Shown piece by piece: positions 58,119 to 64,000 of a stretch of DNA of 64,000 nucleotides. Source of the stretch: Trueperaceae bacterium (lineage in GTDB: Bacteria > Deinococcota > Deinococci > Deinococcales > Trueperaceae); assembly GCA_034520945.1 (NCBI GenBank), contig JAXHNB010000010.1, positions 209,942-273,941 on the forward strand, given 5' to 3'. Below the pieces are notes generated by a model. It did not search any database and had not been told where the DNA came from. It saw only the letters and a list, made by a program, of their open reading frames with translations. Within the stretch, counting starts at the first letter, position 1; every line of letters starts with the position of its first letter. The translations under genes were made by a program, and so were the position numbers.

Positions 58119-59051
58119 ATGACGCGCCGCGCAACCGATCCCACCCGTTCCGTCGCGGCCACGCGCCGCGGCGGCCCCACGCGACAGCTCGATTTCCTCC
58201 CGTGGCTGGTGCCGCTGGTCGTGATCGTCGCCGGCTTCTACCTGTACCCCGCCGTCGAAGTGGTCCGCTTCGCGTTCACGGACGCGTCGCTGCTGGCCGA
58301 CGACTACCGATACACCACCGATTCGTTCCGAGACGTCCTCTCCAGCGCTGCCCTACCCGGCGTCCTGCGCGTGACGCTGATCATCGTGCTGTCGGGCGTG
58401 CTGTTCCAGATCGCCACAGGGCTGGGCATCGCCCTGTCGGTCAACCGGGGCGCCAAGCGCGGCCTGATCGGGACGCAGCTCGTTCGCACGGTCGTGATCG
58501 CCTCGTGGGTGGTGCCGGCCGTGGCGACCGGCATCGTGTTCCGCATCATCCTGAACGAAGCGAGCTACGGCCTGGTGACGAGCGTGCTGGGATCGCTCGG
58601 GTTTCACGGCGTGAGCATGCTGTCGGACCCTCAGAACGCCACGGCCTCCGTCGTGGTCGCCAACGTATGGTCTGGAACGGCGTTCAGCATGATCCTCCTC
58701 TATGCAGGTCTTCAATCCATCCCGCAGGAGCTGTACGAGGCCGCCGACATCGACGGCGCCACCAGCCTGCAGGGATTCGTCCACATCACGCTTCCCCAAC
58801 TTCGGCCGGTATTGCTGACCAACCTGATCTTGATCACCATCGGCACCTTCAACGCGTTCGCGCTGGTCCTCGCCCTGACGGGCGGCGGGCCTGGCCGCGC
58901 GACGGAGGTCCTGGCTCTGTACACGTACAACACCGTGTTCTGGAACTTCGACCTTGCCGCCGGCAGCGTGCTGGCGGTCCTCATGATGACGGTCAGCCTG
59001 GTATTCACCGTCTTCTACGTGCAGCTGCTCCCCAAGGAGCGCTGGACGTGA
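58119..59051 (+). CDS. Carbohydrate ABC permease (MalF-like)
   Basis: GLQSIPQELYEAADIDGA, ITLPQLRP, LTGGGPG. Confidence 0.92.
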   Translation: MTRRATDPTRSVAATRRGGPTRQLDFLPWLVPLVVIVAGFYLYPAVEVVRFAFTDASLLADDYRYTTDSFRDVLSSAALPGVLRVTLIIVLSGVLFQIATGLGIALSVNRGAKRGLIGTQLVRTVVIASWVVPAVATGIVFRIILNEASYGLVTSVLGSLGFHGVSMLSDPQNATASVVVANVWSGTAFSMILLYAGLQSIPQELYEAADIDGATSLQGFVHITLPQLRPVLLTNLILITIGTFNAFALVLALTGGGPGRATEVLALYTYNTVFWNFDLAAGSVLAVLMMTVSLVFTVFYVQLLPKERWT

Positions 59052-59899
59052 GCCTGCCCAGCCTCAAGCGTCAACGCCGAGGGGGCGACGTGATCACCTA
59101 TACCGCCTACCTGGCGATCCTGGTGTTCTTCCTGGTGCCGCTCGCGTGGCTGGTGTCGTTGTCGATTCGCACGCCCGCCGAGATCTTCGTGAGCGAGCTT
59201 CGCCTGTGGCCGGAACACCCCACGCTGCAGAACTACCTCGATGTGCTGGGTAGCCGCCGCTTCCTGGTGTACCTGTGGAACGGCATGAAGCTCGCCGTGA
59301 TCGGCGCAGGCGGTGCGATGCTGGTCGCGTCGCCCGCGGCGTACGCCTTCTCGCGGTTCCGCTTTCCCCTGCGGCAACCGCTGTTGATCGGCATCCTGAC
59401 GCTGCAGATGATCAGTCCGCTCGTCATCATGGTGCCGCTGTACCGCTACATGGAGCGACTGAACCTGTTGGACTCCCACCTCGGTGCGGGCATGGTCTAC
59501 GTCGCGATCGCCGTGCCGTTGTTCACCTGGATGCTGAAGGGCTTTCTGGACGGCATCCCCCCGAGCCTCGAGGAGGCGGCGATGGTGGACGGCAGCACGC
59601 GCTTCGGGGCGTTCCTACGCATCATCCTGCCGCTGTCGCTTCCCGGACTGACCGCGGCGTTCATCCTGAACGCGATCCTCGGCTGGTCGCAGTTCGTGAT
59701 TCCCTACATCCTGATCAACAGCCCGGACCTGCTGCCGATTTCCGTCGGCATCTTCAACTACCAAGGAACGATGGAAGCGTCGTCGACGCACCTCCTAGCG
59801 ACCGCCAGCGTACTGACCGTCCTGCCCGCCGTGGCGATCTTCCTGCTGCTGCAACGCTTCATCGTCGGCGCCCTGCTGGCCGGCGCGGTGAAGGGATGA
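59048..59899 (+). CDS. Carbohydrate ABC permease (MalG-like)
   Basis: PTLQNY, AAYAFSRF, IPPSLEEAAMVDGS, AGAVKG; GTGA overlap. Confidence 0.92.
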   Translation: MSLPSLKRQRRGGDVITYTAYLAILVFFLVPLAWLVSLSIRTPAEIFVSELRLWPEHPTLQNYLDVLGSRRFLVYLWNGMKLAVIGAGGAMLVASPAAYAFSRFRFPLRQPLLIGILTLQMISPLVIMVPLYRYMERLNLLDSHLGAGMVYVAIAVPLFTWMLKGFLDGIPPSLEEAAMVDGSTRFGAFLRIILPLSLPGLTAAFILNAILGWSQFVIPYILINSPDLLPISVGIFNYQGTMEASSTHLLATASVLTVLPAVAIFLLLQRFIVGALLAGAVKG

Positions 59900-61377
59900 G
59901 CGAGATGCCGGACCGAGAGCGCCCGAACATCCTGCTGATCACCGCCGATCAGCTTCGCTACGACCACACCGGCTTCGCAGGCCATCCGGTGGTGCGCACC
60001 CCGAACCTGGACGCCCTCGCCGCGGCCGGCACCACCTTCACGCAGACCTACGCGCCGGCCGCGGTGTGCGTCCCTTCGCGCCAGTCGATCCTCACCGGGC
60101 AGTACCCCTCGGCCCACGGCGCCATGTCGAACCAATCCAGCGTCCCCGAAGGGACGCCCACCATCGCGTCACGCCTTCGCGACAGTGGGTACCGGACCGC
60201 CGCGATCGGCAAGATGCACTTCGAACCGGTCTACGCCGCCTACGGCTTCGACCACATGCGCCTGGCCGAGCAGAACGGCCAGGGCTGGCGCATCGACGAC
60301 TACCACGCCACCTTTCTACGCCAGCGCGGCCTGGTCGACCAGTGGGACCTCTGGGATCAGCAGTACGAGCATCGCCTCGAAGCCCCGAAGCGCTACTGGG
60401 ACTCGTTCGGGACTGCGACCTCGGAGCTGCCCGACGAGGCCTACCACACCACCTGGATCGCCGACGAGACGATCCGTTGGATCGCCGAACGGCCCAGCGA
60501 CGCGCCGTTCTTCGCGTGGACGTCGTTCATCAAGCCCCACCACCCCTTCGACCCCCCAGCCCCGTACGACCGCATGTACGACCCAGGCGAGGTGCCGCTG
60601 CCGACCGGCTGGCCCGACGGCTGGCGCGATAAGCCCCTCGCGCACGTCCTGGGCGACCCGAGGATGGGCTACTTCGACGTCCGCGACATGAGCGAACGCG
60701 CCCTGCGCACCGTCGCGGCGCACTACTACGGCCTGATCACGCACATCGATCATCACGTCGGACGGATCGTGGCGACCCTCGAACAGCAAGGGATTCGCGA
60801 CCGCACCTGGATCGTGTTCACCTCCGATCACGGCGACTACCTGGGTCAGTACGGACTGTTCCTCAAGTACCCGAACGTGCCCTACGACGCGCTGGCGCGC
60901 GTCCCCCTGGTCGTAGCGGGGCCGGGCGGCGCGGAACCGCAGGGACGCGCCGTGGACGACCTCGCCTCACTGATCGACCTGCTGCCGACGTTCTGCACCT
61001 TCGCCGGCGCGACCCCTCCGGCAGGTACGCAAGGAGTGGACCTCGCTCCCCTGCTCCGTGGCGACGCTTGCGGACTGGAGCCCCGTAGCGTGCTGATCGA
61101 AGGCAACGACGGCTTCAAGGGCGTGCGCACCCGCGACTACAAGCTGCTGTACCACCGGTCCGGCCAAACGACGGAGCTCTACGACCTCGAGAACGACCCG
61201 GACGAGACCCGGAACGTCGCTGCGGACCGGCCCGACATCGTGCGCGAGCACCTTGCGCACCTCGTCGATCACCTGATCGACGGCGCGCGCGACCGGTACG
61301 TGTTCGACGAGAACCCCGCCATGGTCCGCTTCGACGACCGGGACGGCGCGGTCCGACCGTCACCGGACGAGGATTGA
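59896..61377 (+). CDS. Cys-type sulfatase
   Basis: RPNILLITADQLR, CVPSRQSILTG, GKMH, KPHHPF, SDHGD, ELYDLENDPDE. Confidence 0.9.
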   Translation: MSEMPDRERPNILLITADQLRYDHTGFAGHPVVRTPNLDALAAAGTTFTQTYAPAAVCVPSRQSILTGQYPSAHGAMSNQSSVPEGTPTIASRLRDSGYRTAAIGKMHFEPVYAAYGFDHMRLAEQNGQGWRIDDYHATFLRQRGLVDQWDLWDQQYEHRLEAPKRYWDSFGTATSELPDEAYHTTWIADETIRWIAERPSDAPFFAWTSFIKPHHPFDPPAPYDRMYDPGEVPLPTGWPDGWRDKPLAHVLGDPRMGYFDVRDMSERALRTVAAHYYGLITHIDHHVGRIVATLEQQGIRDRTWIVFTSDHGDYLGQYGLFLKYPNVPYDALARVPLVVAGPGGAEPQGRAVDDLASLIDLLPTFCTFAGATPPAGTQGVDLAPLLRGDACGLEPRSVLIEGNDGFKGVRTRDYKLLYHRSGQTTELYDLENDPDETRNVAADRPDIVREHLAHLVDHLIDGARDRYVFDENPAMVRFDDRDGAVRPSPDED

Positions 61378-61550
61378 GCGCTGGACACGCGGTGCGATGC
61401 GGGCTGTAGGAACTGTAGGAGTCGCCGCGCCCATCGCCCTGCGGCTCGATGGACGCACCGGTGGCCATCTGGTCGCTCGGTGGACTCGGGAGCTACCGCT
61501 GTGCCCCTCCGGCGACCCGGCCGCGAGGAACGGACCTACGTAGCGCGCCC

Positions 61551-61967
61551 TCAGCCCTGCCCCGGAAGCGGGGTGGTGCCCGTTCCCTCGGCCTCGGCCA
61601 CGGCCAGCACGTCCGGATCGGCCGTGGCGATGCGACCTGCGGCGCCGGCCGAGGCCAGCAGGATGGCGTCGGCCATCGAGATGCGGCAACGGTTGCGGTC
61701 GTAGTGGCGTGCGCGCAGCATCGCCGCGCGGCGTGCGGTGTCGACGTCCAGCACGACGGGTGTGATCGTCCCGTCCAAGAGCGGTTCCAGGTGCTCGAAC
61801 GCGCGAGCCACGGGAAGGCCGTATAGGCGCTCCGTGACGTCGAGGGCCTCAGCGAGGTTGGCTGTCGCCACCACAGCGTCGCCAGCTCGGAGCAGTTCGC
61901 GGACGCGTGGTGCGGCCGGCCCACCCGCCAAGTAGGCGACGACGGCGTAGGCGTCGAGCACGGTCAC
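61551..61967 (-). CDS. vapC: PIN-domain (VapC) toxin
   Basis: VLDAYA...NLAE...ISMADA...ATAD acidic PIN residues; coupled to an AbrB-like gene. Confidence 0.85.
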   Translation of the reverse strand: MTVLDAYAVVAYLAGGPAAPRVRELLRAGDAVVATANLAEALDVTERLYGLPVARAFEHLEPLLDGTITPVVLDVDTARRAAMLRARHYDRNRCRISMADAILLASAGAAGRIATADPDVLAVAEAEGTGTTPLPGQG

Positions 61968-62218
61968 GGGCGTTCACGGCGCTCGATGGCCGTTGCCTCG
62001 TCGTCGCGTGAAACGCTTCGAATCCGTGCTGGATCGAGCCCGGCGAGCTCGTCGGCCAGCGCACCTTCGGCGGCAGCAATGGGGTCGTCGGGGGCGGGTT
62101 TCAACACGATGCGATCGCCGCGATCGTCCATCACGACCGTGGAGGTGTTCCAGCGACGCCGGATCCGGGCTGGAATGGACACTTGGCCGCCCTTAGAGAT
62201 CTTCATGCGGACGCTCAT
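61964..62218 (-). CDS. vapB: AbrB/MazE/SpoVT-fold antitoxin (VapB)
   Basis: KISKGGQVSIPARIRRRW...GDRIVLKP. Confidence 0.85.
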   Translation of the reverse strand: MSVRMKISKGGQVSIPARIRRRWNTSTVVMDDRGDRIVLKPAPDDPIAAAEGALADELAGLDPARIRSVSRDDEATAIERRERP

Positions 62219-62240
62219 GTACATGAATTCTATCATGAGC
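62213..62240. promoter_or_regulatory. vapBC operator/promoter
   Basis: Perfect palindrome TCATGTACATGA (62215-62226), flanking GCTCATG/CATGAGC repeat, minus-strand TAGAAT 8 nt before ATG. Confidence 0.55.
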
Positions 62241-62412
62241 ATGCGTCCATTCGAGATGTCGCCACCATCGGGTTCGTGTCCCCTGCCTCCGAAGCGGGGG
62301 CGGCCCTCGATGGCGCGACGAGAACACCGACCGACATCTCGATGACGACGCGCGATGCCGTGATGATCGCCGCCGATCGCGGCGTCGCGCGTTTCGTGGC
62401 CACGCCTCCTCC

Positions 62413-62727
62413 CTACGCCGCTGGCGGCGCCACCGGTTCGATGGCGTCGATCTCCGCCGCCGCGGCCGAATGGGTCGCGTGGTAGAGGTCCCACGCACGT
62501 TGTAGGTTCAGCCATACTTCGGGCGTCGTTCGGAAGAGGCGGGCCAAGCGCAGGGCCGTGTCCGGAGACACGCCCCGCTTGCCGTGTACGAGCTCGTTCA
62601 CCCGCGGGTACGAGACGCCCAGCCTGCGCGCAAGGTCTTTTTGCGTCATCCCGTAGGGTACGAGGAACTCCTCGAGAAGGATCTCACCCGGATGGGCGGG
62701 CGGCCGTTCGCGGGGCAATCTGTTCAT
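62413..62727 (-). CDS. higA: HigA (VapI-type) antitoxin
   Basis: HPGEILLEEFL...TQKDLARRLGVS...KRGVSPDTALRLARLF...WLNLQ. Confidence 0.93.
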   Translation of the reverse strand: MNRLPRERPPAHPGEILLEEFLVPYGMTQKDLARRLGVSYPRVNELVHGKRGVSPDTALRLARLFRTTPEVWLNLQRAWDLYHATHSAAAAEIDAIEPVAPPAA

Positions 62728-62754
62728 GCTGTCCTCCAATGGTGGGGTTCGCCG

Positions 62755-63054
62755 TCACGAGGCATGGTAGTCAGTGATCTCCACGTTCCGCGCTCCCTCG
62801 GTCGTCCACACGAAGCAGATGCGGTACTGAGCATTGATTCGGATCGCGTACTGGCCTTGACGGTCCCCTTTCAACGACTCCAACCGGTTGCCCGGTGGCG
62901 CCCGGAGGTCCCTGAGTTCGGACGCCCGCGCGAGATAATCGAGCTTCCGTCGAGCAACGGGCCACAGGTCTTGCGGGCATGTCGCCCTGGCGGCTCGGGA
63001 GTCGACGCCGTCGAACACATCGCGGATGCCAGCATCCCGAAACGATTGAATCAT
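62755..63054 (-). CDS. higB: HigB (plasmid maintenance killer-type RelE) toxin
   Basis: MIQSFRD...ARRKL...DLRAPPGNRLESLKGDRQGQYAIRINAQYRICFVW...VEITDYH. Confidence 0.93.
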   Translation of the reverse strand: MIQSFRDAGIRDVFDGVDSRAARATCPQDLWPVARRKLDYLARASELRDLRAPPGNRLESLKGDRQGQYAIRINAQYRICFVWTTEGARNVEITDYHAS

Positions 63055-63064
63055 ATGTCTGGCC

Positions 63065-63083
63065 TATAACGGATAACGTGATA
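63065..63083. promoter_or_regulatory. Putative HigA operator
   Basis: TATAACG-N5-CGTGATA near-perfect inverted repeat just upstream of higB. Confidence 0.5.
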
Positions 63084-63392
63084 CATGATACTGCCCATCT
63101 CCCGCTTACCATGCGTCGTTCCATCTCCAGTGCCGGAACGTTGACTCCCCCAACGTGTCGCAGTGGCGTCGCGCTCCACTGTGACGCGTCTCGCACGACA
63201 TGTGTTCCGCTTCTTCGTATGCCCTCGTCGGCTTCTGGGCAACGACCATGCGCCTCGCGGCACGGCGTTCATGCAGACACGGTGATGACCGACGGATCAT
63301 GGGCGGGTGTCGAATGCGCAGGCGTCAGCGACGGTCGAGATGCGCACAGCCAATCTTCGGCAAGGCACACAGCGAACCGACGGCAGGGCGAA

Positions 63393-64000
63393 TCAGTACC
63401 CATCCATGAACAGCACGCTCTCCACCCCGCGCACCGTCCAGGGTTCCTCGCCGCCGTCCACGCCCGGCATGGGCGCATGGTCTTCCCCGTTGAGCACGTC
63501 GCGGATCTCGCGCACCAGCTCGCTGCCGGCCTCTTGCGAGGACCAGGACCCGTAGGCCCAGGCCCAGCGCAACTGCAACGGTCGGGGCCGGGAGCCGCCA
63601 CGCCCCGCCACGGCGCCGATCCTGGGGAACACGCGGCTCGAGTCGCGCATGCCGCGCGTGACCATCGCGTGTTCCAAGCGCGAGGTGAGCGACGTGCTGA
63701 CGCGGCTGTCCCAGATCACGTGCGGGTAGCGCGACGGGTGGCCTTCGAGGTAGGCCGTGGCCAGGGCCGCGATCTTCGTCCAGCCGCTGTTCATGGGCGC
63801 CGGGTCGACGCTCGGCATGCCGTGCGCCCGCCGGAAGACGGCCTCTACGGTCTCCGGGGCGAAGCCGTTCTTCTGCAGCACGCGGCCCCACGCCAGCATG
63901 CGGCGCGCGAGCTCGGTGGCGCGCTCGCGTTGGGTCGGCGTCCAGCCGCCGTTGGCCTCCAGCGCCGACGAAAGCTCGCCCGCCTCTGCGAACCACGGGG
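63393..64000 (-). CDS. Hypothetical protein, 5' end outside window (possible HhH/OGG-like DNA glycosylase fold)
   Basis: The frame stays open to the window edge. Motifs LAWG, SGWTKIAAL, VIWDSRV and WTVRGVESVLFMDGY are present. Confidence 0.6.
   Translation of the reverse strand, partial: PWFAEAGELSSALEANGGWTPTQRERATELARRMLAWGRVLQKNGFAPETVEAVFRRAHGMPSVDPAPMNSGWTKIAALATAYLEGHPSRYPHVIWDSRVSTSLTSRLEHAMVTRGMRDSSRVFPRIGAVAGRGGSRPRPLQLRWAWAYGSWSSQEAGSELVREIRDVLNGEDHAPMPGVDGGEEPWTVRGVESVLFMDGY

Noticed and set aside
42965..59899. Missing ATPase genes in the two sugar ABC clusters as a novelty
   Set aside because: Carbohydrate ABC systems commonly share an MsmX/MsiK-type ATPase encoded elsewhere.
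28200..63400. TA modules as integron cassettes or IS cargo
   Set aside because: I saw no integrase, transposase, repeated attC-like sites, terminal inverted repeats or target duplications.
1..64000. CRISPR array, tRNA or rRNA genes
   Set aside because: No regularly spaced direct repeats or recognisable structural RNA genes were seen. The intergenic gaps are short and non-repetitive.

Overview
High-GC bacterial DNA, probably Deinococcota (Trueperaceae-like). That assignment is an inference from protein styles and several leaderless-type -10/start arrangements. The window is accessory-looking and mosaic, and I found no rRNA, tRNA, CRISPR array, transposase or integrase. Left to right it holds: (1) a ~13 kb convergent catabolic cluster (DUF993, two TIM-barrel isomerase/epimerases, GntR, sulfatase, two PHP/DUF3604-like metallohydrolases, enolase-superfamily enzyme, Gfo/Idh/MocA, TctCBA); (2) a 7TM-PAS-GGDEF cyclase, a lipoprotein, EcsC and NagA; (3) a Tat-less DMSO-reductase-family molybdoenzyme operon (4Fe-4S/NrfD fusion, catalytic subunit, TorD-like chaperone) behind a candidate Moco riboswitch; (4) sbcDC, with sbcC frameshifted; (5) further catabolic/transport modules (Ldh_2-hyi-cupin; Nit1-like amidase with a peptide/glutathione-type ABC system; GH127 with a sugar ABC system; GH38 with ROK, a sugar ABC system and two sulfatases), interleaved with six type II toxin-antitoxin loci (one truncated, one apparently starting at CTG); (6) a candidate defence operon of two HNH nucleases and a MazG-superfamily NTP pyrophosphatase, whose first gene is cut by a head-to-head deletion scar. 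Three genes each carry one apparent extra base, which may be assembly error. All family calls come from motif recognition by eye; no searches were run.
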